From: Octopus vulgaris
Lineage: Eukaryota
DNA length: 64,000 nt
NCBI GenBank assembly: GCA_951406725.2
Contig: OX597816.1
Location: 15,190,001-15,254,000, forward strand
Direction of reading: 5' to 3'
In this document: positions 39,440-51,603 of the stretch, piece after piece
Layout of the letters: each line of letters begins with the position of its first letter
Numbering within the stretch: position 1 is the first letter of the stretch
Made by a program: the position numbers and the translations under genes
Notes under the pieces: model-generated
Databases searched by the model: none
Told to the model about the DNA's origin: nothing
The model's input: only the letters and a program-made list of their open reading frames with translations

Positions 39440-41390
39440 AAAGGATTGACGTAACTCTTCACAAAGTTAAATAGTCAAGATGAAGAGCATGATTCGATTG
39501 TAAGATATTTTATTAGTTGAATGATATTTCAACAGTACCTCTGTCTTTTTCAAGTTCAAAATAAGAAGTGATAAAAATTCAAAATTACAGAAATTTAAAT
39601 TTAAAGTATGAACTAGAGCAACAAGCATCCACACGTTGATGGAATGACATCATCAGTCTTGAAAAGAAAAAGAGACAGAAAAAAAGACAGAAAGAAAGAT
39701 GAGAGAAATAAGAAAAGAAAAAAGAAGAATATTTAATCAAACAGTTTTGTATAAATTTGATGATATTCTGCTGTCATTTTATTCATTCCTCCAGGGCGTG
39801 ATGTTAATAACCCGTAAACATATTTCTCCTCATGCATCTTGAGAAGTGAAAGTAAAACAGATTCATAATATTTTCCGAGAGTATGCACTTTCAAGTCTTC
39901 TTCAAAATTGCAGCTGTTTGAAGCAAAATATTCAGCAAATTCTGTTGAACTACTGTTATTGTGTTTGACGTCATATCTGTGCCCATTAAGTCGTTTGTTT
40001 AATTGTTCTGTTGTACAACCAACATAAATCAAGTTGTGTTTCATGCATTTTGCCGTATACACCAAATGGGAATCTCTACATGTTCCACCTTCTGTATAAA
40101 TCATAACATTTCTGCTATGATTCCTGATAAAATTCACTTGACTCATGTTGTTGCACAACAAACAGGGCTTACCTCTCTTGTGGCTGTTTTTCAAGGCACT
40201 GCATGTAGATACTCCAATATTCGTTTCCTTGGAGACAGAAATAGAGGTCAATAATTCTCTTATATTCTTATTCTGTCTGAAGGCTACAATAGGCAGCTGA
40301 GGAATTATCTGTTTGAAATGAGGATATTCTTTTTGCCCCATGTTGGTAACTTTCATGCAACACTTTTAAAATGCCAGTAAAATTTCGGTGCCAGTTAATC
40401 ACTAAAAGAATTCTGTCATCTATTGTATTGTGTTTGCTAAAATTATGTGTGAAGGTTCGACTATCTTTGCTAATCTTAGCTATTTCATTTGCTATTTCCT
40501 TTAATCATGATTCACTGTAACTGCATTTGACATAATGACATAATGTACAAAAGCATTTGCATGTTTCCAGTAATCCCTTATGTCAGTACAAATCCGTTTT
40601 ATCCTCAAAAAATTGGGATTTCAGATTTGACCAAATAATATGATGTGGGTGATCAGAGCGGCGGTGGAGATAGATGTGGGATAACATGGGCTTGCGAAAT
40701 AACTCTGTCACTATTCTGCATCGAGAAAACTTGATTTTGTATCCAAAAATTCAACGCTAGTTTTTGAAAAACTAGATGTAAATTTATGTTGGACTTAAAG
40801 CCATAGTTATTAGTATAACAGTCACAGAAATTCAAGAAGTCCATTAAGCTATCCTGTGATCCTTCCCAGACAAAAAATACGTCATCAATGAACTGTAACC
40901 AGAATATTGGTTCATGACCATGAGGGATTTCAATGTCTTCAGTAACCGTGTCTCGAATTTTGTCATGAAGACATTAGTGAAATTATCTGCCATGAGGATA
41001 CCCATTGTTCGTCTGGTGGTAAAATCTTTGTCTAAATTTCATTGTGTTACTTTGTAACACAAACCTCAATAATCTACAGAGAAAATTTGATGGAATATTT
41101 TTGTTTGATTGCTTTTCAAAGGCATCCATGCATGCTTCTATCCCTTCATCGTGGTCAGTATTAGGATATAAGGAAAAAACATCCATGGTTACCAAAATAC
41201 AGTTCTTGACATGGCCTCGGTGCTTAAAAAAGTTGTTGATTTTAGACACAAAATCAAAAGTATCCTGATTTGCGACAGAGAGTAGAAAGCCATCCAGCCA
41301 TTCTGAAATCTTGGCCATACAACATTCATAACCACTGCAAATTGGGTGCATTGGAGGAAATCTTTCGTAATTTCTGTGTATTTTAGGGTA
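39440..41390 (-). mobile_element. Penelope-like retroelement remnant (RT + GIY-YIG), frameshifted
   Basis: RT motifs PKIH...PICS, LVTMDVFSLYPN and WLQFIDDVFFVW. Cys-rich linker C...CLLC. GIY-YIG LVYTAKC...IYVGCTT...RLNGHR and C-terminal P-GMN (ORF 39733-40356). Confidence 0.92.
39517..39559 (-). ncRNA. Minimal hammerhead, U3:A8 core variant, in the Penelope 3' region
   Basis: uugaac-UUGAAAAA-gacag(aggua)cuguu-GAAAUAUC-auucaa, about 175 nt past the GIY-YIG stop. Confidence 0.65.
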
Positions 41391-42816
41391 CGTGCCACTG
41401 GCATGGGACCACTCAGCCAGTATTGGCATTGGCCATGCTCAAATGGTGCTTTTTATGTGCTACTGGTATGGGTGCCAATCAGACAGTACTATCATCGGCC
41501 ATGACAATAACTTCACTTACCTCAACAGGTCTTTGCAAGTTCAGTTTATTGCCCAACGTATTTAATATTTAGTCTTCATAAACGAACCTATTTTAATAAC
41601 AAGAATTAGTGGTACAAATGGTTTTTTCTAATTCTTATCATAAAAGGAACCAAAAGATATTCTAATATTGCTAATGGTAGTAATGAGACAAGTTTCAGAA
41701 TTTTAAATCAGCTAATTAAGAAGCTATTTTTACTAATTGATTAATGATCTGGTTTGGGATTACTGCATATCTATTGGCTATTTGGTGGTGGTGGTGGGGG
41801 GGCAAAACTAGGAGGAAGCAAAGGATGGTGGTGGTTCACTCCAGGTGGCAATTTTGGGTCTACTCTATAAGGAGTCAGCAAATTCAAGTATTGTCCCAGG
41901 TTCCACATGGTCTGGCCATGCCACTGTTTATATGAGACTCATTTTACATATTGGAAAGTCTGGTCCTTCAAGATATGAAAATCATATGAGACAGAAAAGT
42001 TTGTAGAAGTAATACAGAAATTTTTCCAAGAATGAAAAGTTTTTATACGTCTTCATTGTAATTGGAAAATTAAAACATTAAGATATTTTCAGCTAAGAAA
42101 TGTATTTTAAATTCTAAATCAGATGAAAATTTTTGAAATATATTAATTCTAAATTAAGCTGTGCAAAAGAAATAATGGTATTAGTTTCTAATGGTAATCA
42201 ATTAATTTTCTGATGATTCAGATAAAGCAATAGTTTTTAACGAGACTTTAAAAATCTGTTTTTATTTTCAATGATGGAAAAGACATAAATACTAATTCTG
42301 TTAATGATAATTTTATTGATCAAATTTTTGATACAAACTTTTACATCTGATTTAGTTTTTGATTCCTTTTCAAAACTGAATTTTAAAAAAATACTGTCCA
42401 GTCTGGATGGCCTTCCCCACTCTCTGATTTTTTTTTTTTTTTTTTAAAAGAAAACACATGTCAGGTAAAATTTTCAAACCACTATTTCAAATGAAAATTT
42501 TTCTTTTCCCATGAAAATATTTTTTTTCTGTCAGTGAATGTTAAAAAAATCTTTCCCATACACAAAAAGGCTTCTCTTATCAGAAATTGAAAAACCATCA
42601 TCCAACTTGTTAATGCTAAAAATTTATGGAATTGGTAATTAAAGACAAATCAGTGCAATTTTTTTAGAAACAAATAAGATTATAACTAATTTATGGTTTA
42701 GATTCTTATCTAAAAGATCAATACTAGTCAAAATTTAATGTATGTAAATGAATTGACAAATAATAAATTAACACTGAATGTAATATATTGGGACTTAAGT
42801 TAAAACTGAATATAGA

Positions 42817-43412
42817 CGAGCTGGCAGAAACGTTAGCATGCTGGGTGAGATACTTAGCAGTATTTCATCTGCCGTTACGTTCTGAGTTCAAATTCCACCG
42901 AGGTTGACTTTGCCTTTCATCCTTTCGGGGTCGATAAAATTAAGTACCAGTTACACACTGAGGTCGATATAATTGACTTAATCCCTTTGTCTGTCCTTGT
43001 TTGTCCCCTCTGTGTGTAGCCCCTTGTAGGCAGTAAAGAAATAGGTATTTCATCTGCTGTTACGTTCTGAGTTCAAATTCTGCCAAGGTCGACTTTACCT
43101 TTCATCCTTTCGGGGTCGATAAAATTAAGTACCAGTTATGCACTGGGGTCGATATAATCGACTTAATCCCTTTGTCTGTCCTTGTTTGTCCCCTCTGTGT
43201 GTAGCCCCCTGTGGATAGTAAAGAAATAGGTATTTCATCTATCGTTAAATTCTGAGTTCAAATTCTGCTGAGTTCGACTTTGCCTTTCATCCTTTCAGGG
43301 TTGATAAATTTAGTACCAGTTATGCACTGGAGTTGATGTAATCAACTTAATCCCTTTGTCTGTCCTTGTTTGTCCCCTCTATGTTTAGCCCCTTGTGGGC
43401 ATAAAGAAATAA
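42817..43412 (+). mobile_element. SINE family B internal trimer (~185-bp period)
   Basis: Units restart at gtatttcatct at about 42860, 43045 and 43230. Confidence 0.9.
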
Positions 43413-43639
43413 GACTTCAAATTTTGGCACAAGGCCAGCAATTTTGGGGGAGGGAATAAGTCGGTTACATCGACCATCATCCCTCCCATCTGTGTAACTG
43501 GTACTTATTTATCAACCCCAAAAGGATGAAAGCAAAGTTGACCTCAGTGGAATTTGGACTCAGAATGTTAAGATGGATGAAATACTGCTAAACAAAATGC
43601 TTGGTGTGCTAACGAATTCTGTCAGCTTGTCACCTTTAA

Positions 43640-46180
43640 CATAAATTAACATTGAATTTAATATATCTGGAAGATCAATGATATGACGAATGACATCAAT
43701 GATCAAGTTGATGATCAGGAGATCAAGTGAACCTGAATCAACTGGAAATTACTATTTTTAAATCTCACAATGAGAGATATTCAGCGACAGTACTTTGTAG
43801 TAAAGATTGTTTGCCAATACAACATAGCAGTCCTGGTTTAGAATGAATGTTGCTGTAATTTAGCCCCAGGAGACATCGTCTCCAGCTGGCTATACGACAC
43901 AATCTGTGTTCTTATATTTTCGAAAATATAAGGATGCTGGACAGGCTCCTGTGCAGGTGGCACATAAAAAGCACCATTTGAGCATGGCCGTTGCCAGTAC
44001 TGCCTGACTGGCCTTCGTGCCAGTGGCACGTAAAAGCATCCTCTACACTCTCAGAGTGGTTAGCGTTAGGAAGGGCATCCAGCTGTAGAAACTCTGCCAG
44101 ATCAGTTTGGAGCCTGGTGCAGCCATCTGGTTTCCCCAGACCACAGTCGAATCGTCCAACCTATGCTAGCATGGAAAGCGGACGTTAAACGAAGATGATG
44201 ATGATGATACAGATCATGTTGTATAGCCAGCTGGAGATTATGTCTCCTAGGGCTAAATTACAGCAACATTCGTCCTAAACCAGGACTGCCATGTTATGTT
44301 GGCAAACAATCTGAATCAACTGATTTGACATTGTGGCTGGAGTGAATAATGTATTTACTCTGGTTTATTTAAAGCGGAGTTTCACTTTGTCAGCCTCTTG
44401 AAACAACTGATAAGGCCTCACATATATTAGAAATCTTTCCTTGATTCAGAAAACCTCTGTGAGAGATTATCTGTAGGTGCTGTAGAATGGAACATCAGCT
44501 ATGTTGGCAACAAAATCTGGATTTCAAGTTTCATCATCATCATTTAACGTCTGCTTTCCATGCTGGCATGGGTTGGATGATTTTGTCTGCGGGCTGGTGA
44601 ACCAGATGGCTGTACCAAGTACCAATCTTGATCTGTCAGAGTTTCTACAGCTGGATGCCCTTCCTAATGCCAACCACTCCGAGAGTGTAGTAGGTGCTTT
44701 TTATGTGTCACCAGCACGGGGCCAGTCAGGCAGTACCGGTAATGACCTCACTCGAGCTCCTGAAAGGAAAGACATTCATTGCATGATTCATCATCAGACA
44801 TTGGGCTTAAGAATCTTCCAGCACCATCAGGGAAGATTTTGGACCAAACAGTTCAAATTATGGAAGTCATCAAGGGAAGGTCTGTCAGTTCTCAAATTTC
44901 CTTTCAAACAGTTATGTATCAAAATAGAGGCAAACCCACATTTGCTTTTTTTTTTCACACAAAACTGTTTGATGGTTTTCAGGGGGAAAGGTAAATGAAT
45001 AAGTATTTGAGCTTAAAGATGAGCTCAAATTATTTTTTGAAGTCAGAGTAAGATGGGATTTTTTGGTTGGTTTAAGAATGAGAATGGATTGTGTGCTTGG
45101 TTTGTTTGATTGCTATTGAAAAGCAGCTGAACAAACTTGCTCATCGGATACAAGGGAGGAATACAAATATAATAAAATCCATCGATTCTTTGAAAGCTTT
45201 AATGAAAAAACATCAAAAATTAGACAAAAACGGTCAGTATCAAAGATAGTTCAATATTTGGGAAACTCCTAGGCAGCAAGTTGGCAGAAATGTTAGCACG
45301 CCAGGCGAAATACTTAGCGGTATTTCATCTGCTGTTACGTTGTGAGTTCAAATTCAGCCGAGGTCGACTTTGCCTTTCATCCTTTTGGGGTCGATAAATA
45401 AAGTACCAGTTACACACTGGGGTCGATGTAATCGAATTAATCCATTTGTCTGTCCTTTTTTGTCCCTTCTATGTTTAGCCCCTTGTGGGTAATAAAGAAA
45501 TAGGTATTTCATCTGTCTTTACATTCTGAGTTCAAATTCCGCCGAGTTCAACTTTGCCTTTTATCCTTTTGGGGTCAATAAATTAAATACCAGTTGCATA
45601 CTGAGATCGATCTAACAACTGGACCCCTCCCACAAAATTTCTGGTCTTGTGCCTAGAGTAGAAAAGAAAATTTGGTAAATTCCAGTATATTCTTATTACT
45701 GGTGTTTCCAACAATTCCCAAATAAATAAAAGAACCAGATAATGAATTTAGCCAATATTTTTCTAGATTCAGAAACAAGAAATTGGTTTTAGTGCTGAAT
45801 CCATTTAAATCGTCAGTTGAAAAAAATTCCCTAATGAATGTCAAGAGAAATTTCTGCCACTAAAGAATTACTTGGGAGCAAAAGATAGGTTCGAGGAGAA
45901 ATCAATAAAAGACTTTTGGTATCTTAAGTGCAATTCCTAGCCAAAAGTGACAGAAAGAACTATACATACCTTTATTTGTGTCAACATATTTTTGTAAGTC
46001 AGGTTTTTCAGTTTTGATGCAAATATAAATAAAGCAATGAAGTGGACTAGAAGCTGCAAATGATTTTGTGTTGTGCACTTTCAAGTTCTTATATCCAAGA
46101 AATGATGATGCAGAAATGAATAACAAAACCCTGGAATTCTACCAAACTTTGCAGCTCAAAGTATGAATTGGTAACTTTAC
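43640..46180 (+). mobile_element. Fragmented hAT (Charlie/Buster-like) transposase remnant
   Basis: AMLATKSGF, HCMIHHQTL (CxxH motif), FKQLC and FVSTYFCKSGFS (hAT dimerisation motif); interrupted by SINEs. Confidence 0.7.
43804..44312. repeat. 104-bp inverted arms related to the retrozyme unit, enclosing a family-C SINE
   Basis: 43804-43907 versus 44209-44312; both contain ttagccc(c/t)aggagacat..tctccagctggctata. Confidence 0.8.
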
Positions 46181-46726
46181 TCTGTTATGTTTTTACTTAG
46201 TTCTTTCAGTCATTAGACTGTGGCCATTCTGGGGCACTGCCTTGGTGAATTTTAGTCGAATGATTTGACCCCAGTACTAAATTTTATAAAACTTAGTACT
46301 TATTCTATCAGTCTCTTTTGCTGAACTACTAAGTTATAGGGATGTAAACACACCAACACCAGTTGGTAAGTGTTGGCAGGGAATAAACACAGGCACAAAG
46401 ACACATGCATAGACACACACACATACAACACAAATGCATGCATGTATGCACGCACGCACACACATATGTACGTGCATACATACATACAATGGGCTTCTTT
46501 CAGTTTCTATCAGCCAAATCTACTCATAAGGCTTTGGCTGGCCCAAGGCTATAGTAGAATACTTTTAGCCAAGGTGCTACACTGTGTGGGACTGAACCCA
46601 AAACCATGTGATTGGGAAGCCAACCTCTTACCACACTGCCAACACAAACTTTTATTCAAATTTTAAATTCCCCCAACATTTTCTATTTCTATTAAATCAT
46701 TAAAATTCCATTATAAAAATTAAAAC

Positions 46727-46932
46727 AAACAAGAGCATTCAGAGGGTGCAAACCTCTGCCAAGGTAACACCAATATCCTCTCAATGATTAGCCAGAGAAG
46801 ATTTTTAAAATGAGAATATCTGAAATAAGCTTGATTGCTCTCACAAACGAGAATACTAAAAATGAACCCGACCGCTCTCAAAAATTAAATAAAAAAACGA
46901 AAAATAACCCAGAAACATTGTCTGGTACCAGA
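46727..46932 (+). mobile_element. Possible Helentron-associated (HINE/DINE-like) fragment
   Basis: aacaagagcattcagagggtgcaaacctctgccaagg terminus. Confidence 0.35.
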
Positions 46933-47620
46933 CAATGGTTTGGTCAAAGAAGAAAATGTTTGCTTTCAGTCCTTTTACTCTTGTTCCTCACACAACCTCT
47001 TTTGCCAAAGCCACTTTGAAGAGAGGAAAATTAATTAAGAATAGCAATATCATATCTGATAAAAAGAAAGAGAGATGAGAGAATTATATCAAACACCGAC
47101 TTATAAATACTCAGAAATCAATGAAGTAGACAGTGTAATGCACATAAATAAAAGAAAAGTTTTAGAAGGAATATTATAGATGCATTAGATTAATATTTAA
47201 AACAGAGCTAAGTGCAAGGAAAAACAAAAAGAAATGAATAGATGGAAAAATATGGTAATAAACGTCTTCAAAGAAGCCAACAAAATGTAAAACAGGAACT
47301 GAAGCAACAGACAGTTTTGAGGAGAGAGAGGAGGGAAAAATATAGATATTGGGAAAAAGTCGAGAATTAAGTAAAGACAGGCTTAAAAAGTGTCATTGCA
47401 AAGTGATGACAAGAAATGTCCCTTTAAAGATCAATATCCGAATAGGGTGGAAATAGATAAATAGATAAAAACTTAACAGGGAGGAAAATAGGTAAAGAAA
47501 AGTTGGAGGAATGGCTGAGAATCTCAGGGTTTAAAGCTAAAAATTTGAGGGTTTATTGTTGCAGAGTAAGGAGAACAAAACCCCTAATAATTAGTAAAAG
47601 CATGTCATGAAGCAGAATGC

Positions 47621-47829
47621 ATTAAGCCCTTAGCATTCAGATTACTGTCTAATGTGGCACTTATTTATTTTCATTGTTTTGAATCATCTTGTTGCTTCAA
47701 GTGTTTGATGGTGTGACTGTTTATTTTAACAATGACATTGTAGGGTAGGTGTAAAAGACCAGATCTAGCTGGTTTCAATGTTAAACAGATAGAATATTTT
47801 GGCCTGATATCACCAGTTTAAATGCTAAA
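47621..47829. mobile_element. Second piggyBac-type MITE, right end clipped by a SINE
   Basis: ttaagcccttagcatt ... aatgctaaa terminal inverted sequence. Confidence 0.55.
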
Positions 47830-48276
47830 TCCACTCACAAGGATTTGGTTGGCCCGAGGCTATAATAGAAGACACTTGCCCAAGGTTCCACACAGTGGGA
47901 CTGAATCCAGAACCATGTAGTTCGTAAGTAAGCTACTTACCACACAGCCACTCCTATGCCTATGAAACTGGTGAGAATTATTAAAGATCATAAAGACAAA
48001 TACATTATTAAAACCCCAGCACTTACAAATAAAATAAATAACTGTAATGTGACCCAAAAAGCACAGGATCGTTCTGAAGCTGTGACCTGGCAGGAAAGTA
48101 AAAAATAGTGAGGAGCAACTGTATGGTAAAAAGTTTGCTTCCCAACTGCATGGTCTTGAGTTCAGTTCCAGTATGTGGTACCTTGGGCAATTGGTTTCTA
48201 CTGTAGCCTTTGGCCTGACCAAAGCCTTGTGACTGAATTTGGTAGACAGAAACTGAAAGAAGCCTCTCATATATAT

Positions 48277-48344
<68 letters not shown>

Positions 48345-48602
48345 TATATAAGGAAAATAGGGATGAAAACATCCATCCTTTTACTGGCTCCACTGCTAAA
48401 TACCCAATTTTGCAGAGAAAGCCTTAGAAATTACATAGGTGTATATCAAATTTATAAAAATGAATGGAAAAACAGACATATATAACAATTGCCAATTCAA
48501 AACTTAAAATTTAGAATTTATTAACATAATACTATATTATATTATATTATATTCTTATAATAATATAACATAATATAATAAATAATAAATATTAAATTAT
48601 AA

Positions 48603-48685
48603 ATTTCATACAATTGTTTCAATTCTTACCCATAATAAAATTATAAAAATCCATTGTTTTGGGGCAAGAGTTTCCTCAGTGTAAT
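48603..48685 (-). ncRNA. Hammerhead with extended stem II
   Basis: auuaca-CUGAGGA-aacucuugccc...ggguaagaauu-GAAACAAUUGUA-ugaaau, with palindromic ACAAUUGU. Decayed inverted copy at 48701-48782. Confidence 0.7.
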
Positions 48686-49166
48686 CCTCATATATAGAAA
48701 ATTACATTGAGGAGATTCTTGCCCACAAAAAATGGACTTTTAAAATTTTATTATGAGTAAGAATCAAAACATATGTAATTTATCTTCAACTTACGTTAAG
48801 ATGTATTGAAATATACAGAAATAAATTTTTTATTCTCAAATGTGTAATAATGCTAATAAAATAGCAAGAACAAGATAAGTTATTCATACATTGCAGACTT
48901 GAACTCACGTCCCTGTGTTTATGCATCAAGTGCTTTACCATTAAGCTAAACTGCCCAGTAACAAATTCTTCTGCAATTTTAGAACTTAAAAATTTAGCTT
49001 CATAAGATGCTAATGTTAAATTCAACTTACAATAAAAGTAAACAAAGTTTGTTTTAGAAGTGTATTTTTCTACAATATATGGATAATTTATCCTGTTCAC
49101 ACTATTCTATTAGCATTATCATGCGCCCGAGAAAAAATTTTTATTTCTGTACCTTTTAATATTTAT

Positions 49167-51603
49167 TCATCATCATCATCATCATCATCATCATTTAACG
49201 TCTGCTTTCCATGCTAGCATGGGTTGGACGGTTCAACTGGGGTCTGGGGAGCCCGAAAGCTGCACCAGTCCAGTCAGATCTGGCAGTGTTTCTACAGCTG
49301 GATGCCCTTCCTAACGCCAACCACTCCGAGAGTGTAGTGGGTGCTTTTATGTGCCACTGACACAGGTGCCAGACGAGGCTGGCAGACGGCCACGCTCGGA
49401 TGGTGTTTTTATGTGCCACCGACACAGGTGCCAGATGAGGCTGGCAAACGGCCACGATCGGATGGTGTTTGTTACGTGCCCACAGCACGGAGGCCAGTCG
49501 ATGCGGTACTGGCTACGGCCACGTTCGGATGGTTTTCTTGTGTGCCACGTGCCACCGGCACTGGTACCACAAAGATACAAATTCCATTGACGTTCATCTA
49601 TTTTGATTTGTTTTGATTTTCACTTGCCTCAACAGGTCTTCACAAGTGTCACAAGAAGGAAGGTAAGCACAGGTGGACTGACTACGTCCCAGGTAAGGGC
49701 CACGGGTTATGGCCTGACTAGTCTTGCCGGGTCTTCGGATGGTGTTTTTATGTGCCACCGACATAGGTGCCAGATGAGGCTGGCGAACGGCCACGGTCGG
49801 ATGGTGTTTGTTACGTGCCCACAGCACGGAGGCCATTCAATGCGGTACTGGCTACGGCCACGTTCGGATGGTTTTCTTGTGTGCCACCGGCACTGGTACC
49901 ACAAAGATACAAATTCCATTAATGTTCATCTATTTTGATTTGTTTTGATTTTATTTTATTTGATGTTGATTTTCACTTGCCTCAACAGGTCTTCACAAGT
50001 GTCACAAGAAGGAAGGTATGCACAGGTGGACTGACTACGTTCCAGGTAGGGGCCACAGGTTATGGCCTGACTAGTCTTGCCGGGTCTTCGGATGGTGTTT
50101 TTATGTGCCACCGACACAGGTGCCAGATGAGGCTGGCGAACGGCCACGATCGGATGGTGTTTGTTACGTGCCCACAGCACGGAGGCCAGTCGGTGCGGTA
50201 CTGGCTACGGCCACGTTTGGATGGTTTTCTTGTGTGCCACCGGCACTGGTACCACAAAGATACAAATTCCATTAATGTTCATCTATTTTGATTTGTTTTG
50301 ATTTGATTTGATTCGTTTTGATTTGATTTTGATTTTCACTTGCCCCAACAGGCCTTCACAAGTATCACAAGGAGGAAGGTATGCACAGGTGGACTGACTA
50401 CGTCCCAGGTAGGGGCCATGGGATATGGCCTGACTAGTCTTGCCGGGTCTTTGGATGGTGTTTTTATGTGCCACCGACACAGGTGCTAGATGAGGCTGGC
50501 GAACGGCCACGATCGGATGGTGTTTGTTATGTGCCCACAGCACGATGGCCAGTGATGCGGTACTGACTACGGCCACGTTCGGATGGTTTTCTTGTGTGCC
50601 ACAGGCACTGGTACCACAAAGATACAAATTCCATTGATGTTCATCTATTTTGATTTGATTTGATTTTCACTTGCCTCAACAGGTCTTCACAAGTGTCACA
50701 AGAGGAAGGTATGCACAGGTGGACTGACTAGTCTTGCCGGGTCTTCGGAATGTGTTTTTATGTGCCACCGACACAGGTGCCAGATGAGGCTGGCGAACGG
50801 CCATGATCGGATGGTGTTTGTTACGTGCCCACAGCACGGAGGCCGGTCGATGCGGAACTGGCTACGGCCACATTCGGATGGTTTTCTTGTGTGCCACCGG
50901 CACTGGTACCACGAAGATACAGATTCCATTGATGTTCATCTATTTTGATTTGTTTTGATTTTCACTTGCCTCAACAGGTCTTCACAAGTGTCACAAGAAG
51001 GAAGGTATGCACAGGTGGACTGACTACGTCCCAGGTAGGGGCCATGGGTTATGGCCTGACTAGTCTTGCCGGGTCTTCGGAATGTGTTTTTATGTGCCAC
51101 CGACACAGGTGCTAGATGAGGCTGGCGAACGGCCACGATCGGATGGTGTTTGTCATGTGCCCACAGCACGATGGCCAGTCGATGCGGTACTGACTACAGC
51201 CACGTTCGGATGGTTTTCTTGTGTGCCACAGGCACTGGTACCACAAAGATACAAATTCCATTGATGTTCATCTATTTTGATTTGTTTTGATTTGATTTTG
51301 ATTTTCACTTGCCTCAACAGGCCTTCACAAGTATCACAAGGAGGAAGGTATGCACAGGTGGACTGACTACGTCCCAGGTAGGGGCCATGGGTTATGGCCT
51401 GACTAGTCTTGCCGGGTCTTCGGATGGTGTTTTTATGTGCCACCGACACAGGTGCTAGATGAGGCTGGCGAACGGCCACGATCAGATGGTGTTTGTTATG
51501 TGCCCACAGCACGATGGCCAGTGATGCGGTACTCACTACGGCCACGTTCGGATGGATTCTTGTGTGCCACCGGCACTGGTACCACAAAGATACAAATTCC
51601 ATT
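49167..51603 (-). repeat. Tandem array of six ~295-361-bp RTE-3'UTR units attached to a family-C 3' end
   Basis: aaagatacaaattccatt recurs at about 49571, 49903, 50257, 50618, 50913, 51245 and 51586. Confidence 0.92.

Noticed and set aside
39645-39665. CTGATGA on the minus strand near the Penelope 3' end
   Set aside because: No stem II or GAAA at hammerhead spacing.
41940-42360. Possible additional transposase remnant (also 22590-22720 and 58900-59260)
   Set aside because: Too degraded to support by eye; needs a tBLASTx or HMM search.
49167-51603. CRISPR array or protein-coding repeat
   Set aside because: Eukaryotic context, no unique spacers, no cas genes; ORFs are inconsistent between units.
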